The translations under genes were made by a program, and so were the position numbers. This document shows positions 18,697 through 28,227 of a DNA stretch of 64,000 bases, one piece after another (position 1 is the first letter of the stretch; each line of letters begins with the position of its first letter). The stretch covers positions 2,144,001-2,208,000 of the forward strand of contig OZ254086.1 in NCBI GenBank assembly GCA_965267575.1, written 5' to 3'. The DNA comes from Calditrichales bacterium (GTDB taxonomy: Bacteria > Calditrichota > Calditrichia > Calditrichales > J004). The notes below the pieces were generated by a model. It was not told the origin of the DNA, did no database searches, and saw only the letters and a list, made by a program, of their open reading frames with translations.

Positions 18697-21207
18697 ATGA
18701 TTAGGCACGTTTTTAGAGCATTATTAGTTAGCTTAATACTAAGCAGTTTGCTTCTGGCTGTTGATCCGGTAGTAAACAGCCCGCTTGACAAAGGTACGCA
18801 CCCGCGATTGCATATAACCCAGGATAATATCCCGGAGTTTAAGAATGCAATCGCAACTCACTATGGTTTTGAGTTTCAGCAATATGTCAACTGGGCAGCC
18901 AGTGCGCCAGATAATGATGATTATAATATTTTGTCCGAAGCCGGTCATGACCCCTTGCGTGCATTGATGGTGCACCAGGCCTTTATTGCCGCTTTGGGTC
19001 CGGTTCAGGGAATCTCTTATCCCCTTTCCATGGAGCAGTATGCCGCCCGCGCAATCAACCGTTTAATGAGCCGCCTGGATGCCGGTGATGAGCTTTCTTA
19101 CGTAGCGGCTCTGACTTATGACTGGACATATAGTTACCAGACTGCGGAACAGCGTAGCGAAATAGCAAGCAAGATGCGTACGCGCAAGATGGCGCACAAG
19201 GTGTTTGATATCTCTATGGCGAACCCGGGCTTCACGTCCGAACAGATGTTCAGCTCCAAGTATTTTGAAGTTTTCCAGCCCTGGTATGTGGCATTGGCTT
19301 TTTGGGGCGACGGCCAGATAGACGCAGATGCGGAAACGGCGGCCAACACTTTTTACTCTACAATGCTAAACTATGGATACCTGGACGCTCACAATTTCGT
19401 TGCGGGCGATAATGGCGGTTGGGCCGAATGGGTCGGCTATTCCAGCTGGCACCCCCGTACGCATATTTTGAATGTAGATGCCTGGCGCACAGCAACCGGT
19501 GAGGATTTTATAAAGCAACATGGCGAAATACCGGGTCAGGCACTTGTCACTTATCCGAAATTTATGGCTCTGGCCATGGATCCACACAAGTACTTCAACG
19601 ACTTTTATACCTATGTAAAGCACGGTGGTGCCGAAACAACCGATCCCTCTTTAACGCACCGTTCCATGCGCGAGCAAATACTGATGCTGCCGCGGATATT
19701 AAACCAGTCCGGTTATTCCAATGAAGCCGGTCTATTGCACTGGTTCGCCAATCATTATGAAGTTGAATGGCCCAGTTATGACCATTTCTATTTGTGGGGT
19801 TTTCTTGGGTTGCTTAAAAATTATCCGGCCAAAACTCCAGATGAACTTAATCTGTCCAAGTCCGGATGGAGCAGAAACCTTGGTCTTTTTATGGCGCGCA
19901 CAGGGTTTGATAATCCGGCCGATGGTGTTTTTCATGCGTCGCATGGCCATTTTCGCTTTGACGGTCATAAAGGAGCAGACGATTTCCCGGGCTTTATGCT
20001 GGCAAAATTCGGGACACTCGTAAATAACCGAAATGTTGCACACCGTGGTTACGGAAACCTCGACGCATACGCAGGCGCCCGTCAGATGAATATGGTCTAT
20101 TTTAGCGGTGGCCATGAAGATGGCCATGGTACGATGGACCAGCCGCATGAACTGGAGGATGCTTTTAATGGAACCGGTGACTACGACTGGGGCGGAATTG
20201 AGCAGGTTATTACGAAAGAGGATGCCTTTTATCATGTCCGTGTAAATAACAACCGCGCCTTTAGCGGCGCCAGCCACACGCGCGAGTATGTCTGGTTCCC
20301 CGGCGCCAATCCTGCCAACGATTCGGATTTTCTGGTTGTTTACGATCGCAGCTCAGCTCCAAGCGATCACGAATGGGTGTATCACGTACCGTGGAAGCCG
20401 GAAGCTTCGGGTTTCGGTTCACAGAGCAGCATGAACAGCGGCAGCGGTACAAGCGGCCGTATCGGCGATGCCTACACGGGAGAGAATGTTATTATTAAGG
20501 AACTGAATGGCCTGGGCGGTGAACGTGATAATGACGGGGGCACACAGGATTATACAGGCGGCGCTGGTGCTCATGGTGTGGCATTCGTAAAAACGTTGTT
20601 ACCGCAGCAGGCAGTTGTGGAAGTTACCCGTGTAGCTGCTTTTGACAGTGATGTCATCAAGCGCCAGCACCATCTGGCTATCAAAGCGCATCGCTGGCAG
20701 GTTTCGGTAAAGCCGCAAACGCAAACACAGGATCAGCACTTTCTGCATGTGTTCCAGACAGCCGATGCCAATAAGGTGAATAATATGACAAACAACAGCC
20801 TGGTTCAGGTCGGTTCTGCCATGCACGGTACTTTTATCCAACGCGAAAATAGCGGCCGGCCCAATTATCTGGTTTTGTTCAATCAAAACGAAGGCGTAAA
20901 CAGCAATGTTGTGAGTTATACGCTCAACGGACAAGGCGCTACCCGCCACGTAATCACCGGTCTTGAGCCCTATACCAATTATGATATCGAAACGATAACC
21001 AGTTCAGGAAGCTCAACCGTATCCAAAGTGACCGAACCGGATATGGAGTTATGGGACTACAAAGGCGTGGATACCAATACTGCCACAGGAACACTTTATT
21101 TTGAAACGACACTCGATGGTGAGCATACCTATAAAGTCAGTAAATCGGGTTTTCAGGATACTACACCTCCTTCAAAACCCGGTGGCTTTAAGATAGATCC
21201 AAACTAA
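18697..21207 (+). CDS. Secreted heparinase II-like polysaccharide lyase-fold protein
   Basis: Sec signal MIRHVFRALLVSLILSSLLLA, N-terminal HPRL motif, ALTYDW, GGWAEWVGY, ARTGF, VVYDR, FLHVFQ (alpha/alpha-toroid plus beta-sandwich lyase pattern). Confidence 0.65.
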   Translation: MIRHVFRALLVSLILSSLLLAVDPVVNSPLDKGTHPRLHITQDNIPEFKNAIATHYGFEFQQYVNWAASAPDNDDYNILSEAGHDPLRALMVHQAFIAALGPVQGISYPLSMEQYAARAINRLMSRLDAGDELSYVAALTYDWTYSYQTAEQRSEIASKMRTRKMAHKVFDISMANPGFTSEQMFSSKYFEVFQPWYVALAFWGDGQIDADAETAANTFYSTMLNYGYLDAHNFVAGDNGGWAEWVGYSSWHPRTHILNVDAWRTATGEDFIKQHGEIPGQALVTYPKFMALAMDPHKYFNDFYTYVKHGGAETTDPSLTHRSMREQILMLPRILNQSGYSNEAGLLHWFANHYEVEWPSYDHFYLWGFLGLLKNYPAKTPDELNLSKSGWSRNLGLFMARTGFDNPADGVFHASHGHFRFDGHKGADDFPGFMLAKFGTLVNNRNVAHRGYGNLDAYAGARQMNMVYFSGGHEDGHGTMDQPHELEDAFNGTGDYDWGGIEQVITKEDAFYHVRVNNNRAFSGASHTREYVWFPGANPANDSDFLVVYDRSSAPSDHEWVYHVPWKPEASGFGSQSSMNSGSGTSGRIGDAYTGENVIIKELNGLGGERDNDGGTQDYTGGAGAHGVAFVKTLLPQQAVVEVTRVAAFDSDVIKRQHHLAIKAHRWQVSVKPQTQTQDQHFLHVFQTADANKVNNMTNNSLVQVGSAMHGTFIQRENSGRPNYLVLFNQNEGVNSNVVSYTLNGQGATRHVITGLEPYTNYDIETITSSGSSTVSKVTEPDMELWDYKGVDTNTATGTLYFETTLDGEHTYKVSKSGFQDTTPPSKPGGFKIDPN

Positions 21208-21222
21208 CTTATACAGACACGG

Positions 21223-22188
21223 ATGATTCATTTTCTTGTAACAATCGACACGGAAGAAGAACGCGAGTGGGGCGGTAGCTACAAGGACCACACGCACTAC
21301 ACCGTAGAAAATATAAAATGGCTTGATCCGCTTCAGGCCATTTTTGACAAACATGGTGTAAAAGCGACTTACCTGATCGATTATCCTGTTGCCATAAACA
21401 AAGAGGCTATTGATATCCTTAAGCGTTATCGCACCGGGCATAACGTGGAGATCGGGACGCATTTACACCCGTGGGTTAACCCGCCTTATGAAGAGGAGCT
21501 CGGCGAGCACAATTCCTACACGTCCAATTTACCTGTTGAGTTACAGCTCAAAAAAATGACGCTGCTTACCGATACGATAGCAGACGGTGTGGGCGAAAGG
21601 CCTGTAACTTACCGCGCCGGCCGCTATGGCTTTAACGAATCGACCGTAGGTGTTTTGCAAGAACTTAAATATACAGTGGATACTTCGATTGTCCCTTACC
21701 GCCAGGCAAAACGTCCCCATGAGCCGCATTTCGGCTATATGCCATCCATTGAACCATACGATCTGGATGCAAACAATATCATGCGTGCCGGCAAAAGCGG
21801 TCTGCTGGAAGTGCCGTTGACCGTAGGCTTCAACAAAAAAGTGCCGCGTTGGCTGGCATCGCGCTATGTCGACCTGCCCAACATTGGCATACGGCGTGCC
21901 TTGAAGAAAGCTTTGAACCTCGACCTTTACTGGTTGCGTCCATCCTACGCCAATCTCAGGCAGATGAAAGAGCTTAGCGAGGCCGTACAAACCGGCGGTG
22001 GTACGTTTCTCAATATGATGTTTCATTCCAATGAGCTGATGCCCAACGGCTCCAAGTACTGTAAAACCCAGGAAGATGTGGATAATTATTTAAAACGCCT
22101 TGATGATTATTTTTCATGGCTGAACCGGCGCTTTGATGTTCGTTATGTTACCCTGAAAGAAATGCCCGCGATTTACAAATCTAAATGA
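21223..22188 (+). CDS. Polysaccharide deacetylase-like protein (WalW-like)
   Basis: VTIDTEEE, EIGTHLHPWVNPP, YRAGRYG, D.S..P, FHSNELMP. Confidence 0.85.
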   Translation: MIHFLVTIDTEEEREWGGSYKDHTHYTVENIKWLDPLQAIFDKHGVKATYLIDYPVAINKEAIDILKRYRTGHNVEIGTHLHPWVNPPYEEELGEHNSYTSNLPVELQLKKMTLLTDTIADGVGERPVTYRAGRYGFNESTVGVLQELKYTVDTSIVPYRQAKRPHEPHFGYMPSIEPYDLDANNIMRAGKSGLLEVPLTVGFNKKVPRWLASRYVDLPNIGIRRALKKALNLDLYWLRPSYANLRQMKELSEAVQTGGGTFLNMMFHSNELMPNGSKYCKTQEDVDNYLKRLDDYFSWLNRRFDVRYVTLKEMPAIYKSK

Positions 22189-23135
22189 CCATTCTCCTAA
22201 CCGGCGCCAGCGGCTTTATGGGGCGGCACGTCCTTAAGCAACTGCTTAACGCCGGGCATACTGTTATCGCCCCTGTTCGTGAAAGTTCGGCTAATAAGGT
22301 TGCTGAAAAACCGGGCGCTCACTTTACCCTGATTAAAGGCGATTTTTTTGATGATGCGGTTCTGCAAGAGGCTGCTGCTCTAAAGCCTGAAACGATCATC
22401 CACATGGCTTCCGTGCGCGGGGCTGGGCAGGGTGACAACGCGCTTTATGAGCAGGTAAACGTACATGGAACCAAGACGCTTCTGGCGTTTGCGCAAAGCA
22501 GGGGGCTTAAGAAATTTGTTTACATCAGCTCTGTGGGTGTGCTGGGTACGATTCCCGAGAATGTTCCGGCGCGCCCTTCGGATAAACCCCAACCGGATGG
22601 CATCTATCATCAGACAAAGTACCGTGCCGAGCAGCTTGTTCAACAAGCCGCTGGCGCAGGGCTTAAAACGCTTATCCTGCGGCCAACCATTACCTACGGC
22701 GAAGGCGATGACGGCTTCATCGCAAAGATGATCAGCATGATACAAAAAGGCATTTTTATTTATCCCGCGAATGATGTCCGCATTCACCTCCTTCATGTAA
22801 CGACTTTTGCAAAATGGCTGGCGGAAGCTGTGAAAAAGCTCAATACTCACGACGGGGTATTCCACTGCTGCGACCGCGAGCCCGTGTTGCTGAATGACGT
22901 TGTTCAGGTATTGGCAAAGCGTTTTGTAAACAAAAATTATCCCTCATTAAAACGTTTGCCATCGTTTCTGTTTGGCGGCGCGGCCGGCTTGTGCGCCCTT
23001 TTGAAAAAAGACAATCTGAAAACGAGTTTTGATTTGATCCATAAGGATTGGTTTTACGATATTAGCGATGCTGAAAAGCAGTTAGCCTATATGCCGGCCG
23101 AAACACTTTATCAATTGGAAAATAGCCCGTTATGA
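22185..23135 (+). CDS. NAD-dependent epimerase/dehydratase (extended SDR)
   Basis: TGASGFMG, VN..GT, YISS, YHQTK (YxxxK), RP...YG. Confidence 0.9.
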   Translation: MTILLTGASGFMGRHVLKQLLNAGHTVIAPVRESSANKVAEKPGAHFTLIKGDFFDDAVLQEAAALKPETIIHMASVRGAGQGDNALYEQVNVHGTKTLLAFAQSRGLKKFVYISSVGVLGTIPENVPARPSDKPQPDGIYHQTKYRAEQLVQQAAGAGLKTLILRPTITYGEGDDGFIAKMISMIQKGIFIYPANDVRIHLLHVTTFAKWLAEAVKKLNTHDGVFHCCDREPVLLNDVVQVLAKRFVNKNYPSLKRLPSFLFGGAAGLCALLKKDNLKTSFDLIHKDWFYDISDAEKQLAYMPAETLYQLENSPL

Positions 23136-23989
23136 GCGAGAACAGTTCAACTTTTTTAAGCATTCTGGATACCTGGCCGGACTATTTCGAAAACCCCGAT
23201 GAAGGACTTGGTACGACGTACGAGCGGTTTATCCTGCATCGTTATTTTGAAAGGCTGGTTAAGAGTTATCCTGTTCAATCTGTTTTGGAAGTGCCCAGCT
23301 TCGGGATGACCGGTGTCAGTGGAATCAACAGTTTGTGGTGGGGTTACAAAGGTGTCCCGACCACTGTGGTTGATACCGATACGGAGCGCGTAAAAAAATC
23401 AGAAGGCGTATGGAAAAAACTGCAATATTCTGCCGATTTTAAAGTTGTGGAAGACATTCACCAGTTACCTTTTGATGACAAAAGCTTTGATCTGAGCTGG
23501 AATTTTGCTGCATTGTGGTTCGTGCAGGAAATGGAACGTTTTGTCGCCGAATTGTCTCGTGTTACGCGTAATGTAATTTTTATTTGCGTCCCCAATACGG
23601 CGGGGCTTGGTTTTAGGCTGCGATCGTTTTTTAATAAAGAGGACGTATCCGGTTTTTATCCGCAACAGATACGGCCCAAAAGCTTCGTCCCTGCGTTTGA
23701 GCAGTCCGGCTGGAAGCTGATCGACCGCGGCTATCTGGATATTCCGCCATGGCCGGATATTGCCATGAAGAAAGAAGATATGCTGCGCAAGGCCGGGCTG
23801 GGGTTTCTGGTTAAAGAAGAGGAATCTGGGGAGCCTGCTTTTGAAAAGAAATATATTGTTGAATGGTTCAGCGGCGAAAAACCGCAGCTGGAAGAAGAAA
23901 TCCTAAAATACGATTTCCTGGAAAAGATACCGAGCCCTTTCAAACAGCTATGGGGCCACCACCGCTGGTTTATTTTTGAGCCGGCATAA
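23132..23989 (+). CDS. Class I SAM-dependent methyltransferase-like protein
   Basis: VLEVP..G motif I variant, DIHQLPFDDKSFDL, ELSRV, VPN. Confidence 0.7.
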   Translation: MSENSSTFLSILDTWPDYFENPDEGLGTTYERFILHRYFERLVKSYPVQSVLEVPSFGMTGVSGINSLWWGYKGVPTTVVDTDTERVKKSEGVWKKLQYSADFKVVEDIHQLPFDDKSFDLSWNFAALWFVQEMERFVAELSRVTRNVIFICVPNTAGLGFRLRSFFNKEDVSGFYPQQIRPKSFVPAFEQSGWKLIDRGYLDIPPWPDIAMKKEDMLRKAGLGFLVKEEESGEPAFEKKYIVEWFSGEKPQLEEEILKYDFLEKIPSPFKQLWGHHRWFIFEPA

Positions 23990-24003
23990 CGAATGATAAT
24001 TTG

Positions 24004-24903
24004 ATGGTTTCTGTCATACTGCCTTCCTACAATTCTGAAACAACAATCGTTAAAGTTATAAAAGCGCTGCAAACTCAAACATTCAGCGAGCCCTATGAGA
24101 TTATTCTCGTGGACAGCTCCGTGGACAAAACGCCGGAGCTGGTGCGCGCGCACTTTCCCGATATCACCTATATTCATCTCGATAAGAAAACCGATCCCGG
24201 TACGGCCCGTAATCTGGGCCTGAAAAAAAGCAGCGGTGAGATCATCCTTTTTATTGATTCCGACTGTATCGCCCAGCAAGACTGGATAGAACGCATGGTT
24301 AAGCGCCACCGCGAAAGCGATTACGCAGCGGTAGGTGGCGGCGTACTAAACGGCAACGACCCGAAATCGGATGTGGCCTGGGCCGGCTACATGGCGGAAT
24401 TCCGCGAATTTATACCACAGCGTCCGGCCGCGGAAGTGGACCACATCCCAACCTGCAATATTTCCTATAAACGCCGTTACCTGGAGGAACTGGGAGGATT
24501 CAATCCGCTCTACTATCCGCAGGAGGACCTGGAGTTTAACTTTCGCCTGCGCCGGGCGGGGGGTAAAATTTTGTTTACGCCCGATGCCTGTGTGCGTCAT
24601 CATCACCGTACTACATTGCCCGATTTTTTTCGCCACCAGAAAAACGTGGGTCGCATAACGGCAATGATGCTGCGTATTCTGCCCCTGGAAGGCGCGTCCA
24701 TTGCGCGCAGCAAAATACTGGTGTTGCTGGCGATTGTGCCGATGCCCCTGTTAAAATGGTGGCGTACCGTCAAGGTTTTCCGGCGTTACCGGCGCGACCT
24801 GTTGAAGGAGCATCCTTTTGCCCTGTTTGTTTTTGCTGGCGGGCTGGTGCCCTGGGCAGCGGGCTTTATGAAAGGCGTTTTTGCCAAAGGCTTTGAGAAA
24901 TGA
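24004..24903 (+). CDS. GT2 glycosyltransferase
   Basis: VSVILPSYN, VDSS, ARN.G, FIDSDC, GGF, ED; C-terminal TM segments. Confidence 0.9.
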   Translation: MVSVILPSYNSETTIVKVIKALQTQTFSEPYEIILVDSSVDKTPELVRAHFPDITYIHLDKKTDPGTARNLGLKKSSGEIILFIDSDCIAQQDWIERMVKRHRESDYAAVGGGVLNGNDPKSDVAWAGYMAEFREFIPQRPAAEVDHIPTCNISYKRRYLEELGGFNPLYYPQEDLEFNFRLRRAGGKILFTPDACVRHHHRTTLPDFFRHQKNVGRITAMMLRILPLEGASIARSKILVLLAIVPMPLLKWWRTVKVFRRYRRDLLKEHPFALFVFAGGLVPWAAGFMKGVFAKGFEK

Positions 24904-26606
24904 ATCCAACGAAACCTCTTATCATAATTCCCACGCTGGATGAAGAGCGCAACCTTGAGACAATAATTCAATCCATCTTCAAACTGGAAAATGTACAGTG
25001 CGACGTCCTGATCGTGGATGCAATGTCCACTGACGATACGCGTAAGATCGTTACACGCCTGCAGCAGGATCATGAAAATCTGTACATGATAGATCAGGCG
25101 GAGCGCAGCGGATACGGCAATGCGCTGCGGCTGGGTTTTGAGTGGGCACTGAAAAAAGAGTATGATCCCGTTCTTACAATGGATGGTGACGGCTCGCATG
25201 ACCCGCGCTACATCAGTCGTTTTTTGAACACTATACGCGAGCACGATCTGGTGATCGGCAGCCGCTACATCAATGGCGTTCGTGTTGAGGGCTGGCGTTT
25301 CAGGAAGCTGTTGGCCAGTAAACTGGCCAGCATGTATGTCTCTTACGTTCTTGTGAAGCCCATTTGGGATTTCACTTCGGGCTTTCGTTGTTACAGGCGC
25401 CATATTCTGGAAAAGATTGACCTGGATCGCCTCCATAAAGAAGCCTATATAATTCAGATTCAGCTCCTGTACCTGGCATACAAAAACCGCGTCAGTGTAA
25501 AAGAAATCCCATTTGTCTACCGTGATACTCTGGATAGCGTTTCCAAGGTTGCCGGCAAAAACAAGCTGAAGACTTTCTTCTATGTGTTGAAATACCGCGC
25601 GCCGGTCCTTGAAATTCTGCGACATCTCGTCTATTTGAAAAAAGAGTACGAGCGCTTTGTTGATGAATACGAAGAGTTGATCAATCCGCCCAGGCTTAAG
25701 AACAACGGCCTGGTGGAGATAAAGGATCAATACAGCGTCAGCATTGGCGTTATGGCATACAATGAAGAGAAGATCATCGGCCGTTGCCTTGATGCCCTGC
25801 TCGGGCAAAAATTGAAAAGCGGCCACATCAAAGAGATCATTGTTGTTTCCTCCGGTTCCACGGACCGCACCGATGCCATTGTTGAGGAGTACAGCAAGCG
25901 TGATTCACGTATAAAGCTTCTCGTTCAAAAAAAACGCATGGGTAAAGCCGCCGCCATAAATGATTTTCTTGCGGATGCCAGCGGCGATATCGCGGTGCTG
26001 GAAAGCGCGGACACCGTTACCGACCAGCACACCGTTGAAGAGTTACTTAAGCCCTTCGCCGATTCAAGTATTGGCATGGCCGGGGTTCATCCTGTGCCCG
26101 TCAACGATCGTTCTACTTTTGTGGGCTATTGTGTGCACCGCCTGTGGGAACTTCATCATGAAATGGCGCTCGATCATCCGAAATGCGGCGAAATGGTGGC
26201 CTTTCGCAACCTGGTACCGCGCATATCAAAATACACGGCTGTGGATGAGGCGGCTATCGAGGGTATTATTACTAAACATGGGTTGAAACTGGCTTACGCG
26301 CCCGACGCCATGCTGCAAAATAAAGGCCCTGAAAACCTCGGCGATTTCATTAAGCAAAGGCGGCGCATCGCCTCCGGGCACCGCCACCTTGCCGCCTCCA
26401 TGGGGCACGAGGTGTTCACGAACAGTGCTTCAAATATTTTTAAATATGTAAGAAAAACGCAGGAGTGGAATCCGAAAGCGCTTATGTATATGGGCATGCT
26501 GATGGGCGTAGAGGCTTTTGCCCGGACGATGGGTATTGTGGATTTTTACCTGCGTGACAAAAACCCGTTCATCTGGGATATTTCTGTAACAACAAAGCGC
26601 ATGTAG
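24900..26606 (+). CDS. Two-domain GT2 fusion: polyprenol-phosphate-mannose synthase (DPM1-like) plus second GT2
   Basis: N-half PT..E..N, MDGDGSHDP, GSRY..G, DFTSGFRCYRR, KEIPFVY; C-half MAYNEE, SGSTDRT, GKA.AIN, QRRRIA. Confidence 0.85.
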   Translation: MNPTKPLIIIPTLDEERNLETIIQSIFKLENVQCDVLIVDAMSTDDTRKIVTRLQQDHENLYMIDQAERSGYGNALRLGFEWALKKEYDPVLTMDGDGSHDPRYISRFLNTIREHDLVIGSRYINGVRVEGWRFRKLLASKLASMYVSYVLVKPIWDFTSGFRCYRRHILEKIDLDRLHKEAYIIQIQLLYLAYKNRVSVKEIPFVYRDTLDSVSKVAGKNKLKTFFYVLKYRAPVLEILRHLVYLKKEYERFVDEYEELINPPRLKNNGLVEIKDQYSVSIGVMAYNEEKIIGRCLDALLGQKLKSGHIKEIIVVSSGSTDRTDAIVEEYSKRDSRIKLLVQKKRMGKAAAINDFLADASGDIAVLESADTVTDQHTVEELLKPFADSSIGMAGVHPVPVNDRSTFVGYCVHRLWELHHEMALDHPKCGEMVAFRNLVPRISKYTAVDEAAIEGIITKHGLKLAYAPDAMLQNKGPENLGDFIKQRRRIASGHRHLAASMGHEVFTNSASNIFKYVRKTQEWNPKALMYMGMLMGVEAFARTMGIVDFYLRDKNPFIWDISVTTKRM

Positions 26607-26607
26607 C

Positions 26608-28212
26608 ATGGCAATAAAGTGGGCGATGATCAGCGGCGCAATCCTGCGCCTTTTTTTTATTCTGCGCTACGATTACATCTCTCCCGACGGTACGCATTAT
26701 GCCTCGCTTGCCGCGCGTTTTGCCAGGGAGTTTGTTTATAAAAGCTACGGCAGCCAGTTCCCGGATATCATCCAGCCGCCTCTCTATCCTCTCCTGATTG
26801 CGCCATTTACATACATATTTTCTCCCGAAGTTTCCGGCAAACTTGTCTCCCTGATGTGTGGCGTTGTACTCATTTATCTGGGCTATAAGTATGTGCTATC
26901 CGTTTGCAAAAGTGAACGGATGGCGGGGATCGCAGCCTGGCTTCTGGCTATCCACCCGTCCATGATATCCATGGGCAGCGAAGTTGTAAGCGAAGGCGTC
27001 TATATCTTGTTGTTAAGCGCCATTATTTACAGCGGCTGGCAGGTTTTAAAAAGCGGCAATCTGAAGCATCTGGCGCTGGCCACGCTCTATTTTGGGCTGG
27101 GCGTGCTCACTCGGCCGGAAGCGATCGTCTATTTTTTTGCATTCCAGTTGATTCTGGTAGTGGCTGTATGGCGCAGACTACTAAAATTGCGCTTTGTATG
27201 GGTGCACGTTGCGGCTGTGTTGAGCGTTCTGGCGCTTTACGGGTTATGGGCGCAGCAGGAACTGGGCTATTTTACCATCTCACCCAAGCTGAATTTTGTG
27301 CGCGTTCACGGACGTCTTGCCGCTTACGATATGCGTTTGCAAAAGCTGGCCGGAAAAGAAAAACCGGAGCCGGAGCGCGACCGCTTTCAATATAAACTCT
27401 CTGCCGATTCAACCCAGCTTGCTTCACACGCCTTGCTTTATCGTGATCCCGTAATGCGCGATGCACTGCAGCGTGTAGCACAGCAGGTTCCTTTAACCGG
27501 TGGAAATATGCTGAAAGCACTTGTGGCAAGGGCCGGCCATAATGCCTATATGATTGCCTGGCGTTTTGTGCGGGGCAGTGTTTTGCCGCTCATTTTTATG
27601 GTGTTCCTGGCGATCGGTCTTTACAGTTTTATCAGGTCGACCCCTCGCGATCGCAAATGGCTTCTGTACACGCTTTATATGATGCTGCCGCTTGGCGCCT
27701 ACCTGCTTGCGCATATTGAGGAGCGCTTCCTTTTCATTTTGATCCCGATGTTTCTGCCGCTGTTCAACAAGGGTTTCGATGTTATTGCGGCATGGCTGGA
27801 GAAAAAATTTGCGCGCATCAAAAGCTTCTCCGCGACCCTGATGATTATTACTTTTTTTACGTTATTGCCTGACTACAAGGCCCTGGCGGATGATATGCAG
27901 GAGAAAACCTACTATGCCCGTATCGGGGAGCTGATGGAAGAAAACAATATTAAGGGTAAGATTGCCGCCAGCCGGCCGCAGGCTGTTTTCTTTTCCGGCA
28001 ACCCATACAGCCCTTTGCCCTTTGCTTCGATTCCGGCACTTTTGGTATATTTCCGCCATAATGATGTCCAGTATGTTCTGATTGAGGATGAAGATATTAC
28101 TTCACGCGCTGCCATCGCCGCTTTGGTAGAAAACGATTATCCCGGTTTTGAAGTTGTGATGCAAAGGCGGCAGGCAAGCGATCCTTTTATTTTGCTGAAA
28201 ATTAAACCTTAA
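26608..28212 (+). CDS. GT-C (ArnT/PMT-like) lipid-phospho-sugar-dependent glycosyltransferase
   Basis: LR..F..Y...PDG..Y, QPPLYPLL, SEGVY, LTRPE, ERF; multi-TM protein with a periplasmic C-terminus. Confidence 0.8.
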   Translation: MAIKWAMISGAILRLFFILRYDYISPDGTHYASLAARFAREFVYKSYGSQFPDIIQPPLYPLLIAPFTYIFSPEVSGKLVSLMCGVVLIYLGYKYVLSVCKSERMAGIAAWLLAIHPSMISMGSEVVSEGVYILLLSAIIYSGWQVLKSGNLKHLALATLYFGLGVLTRPEAIVYFFAFQLILVVAVWRRLLKLRFVWVHVAAVLSVLALYGLWAQQELGYFTISPKLNFVRVHGRLAAYDMRLQKLAGKEKPEPERDRFQYKLSADSTQLASHALLYRDPVMRDALQRVAQQVPLTGGNMLKALVARAGHNAYMIAWRFVRGSVLPLIFMVFLAIGLYSFIRSTPRDRKWLLYTLYMMLPLGAYLLAHIEERFLFILIPMFLPLFNKGFDVIAAWLEKKFARIKSFSATLMIITFFTLLPDYKALADDMQEKTYYARIGELMEENNIKGKIAASRPQAVFFSGNPYSPLPFASIPALLVYFRHNDVQYVLIEDEDITSRAAIAALVENDYPGFEVVMQRRQASDPFILLKIKP

Positions 28213-28227
28213 ACGGAGAGAAGACCC

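Noticed and set aside
24786-25826. 346-aa minus-strand ORF, plus the many other short antisense or alternative-frame ORFs in the track
   Set aside because: They lie fully opposite or inside motif-supported genes and have no independent RBS or domain evidence.
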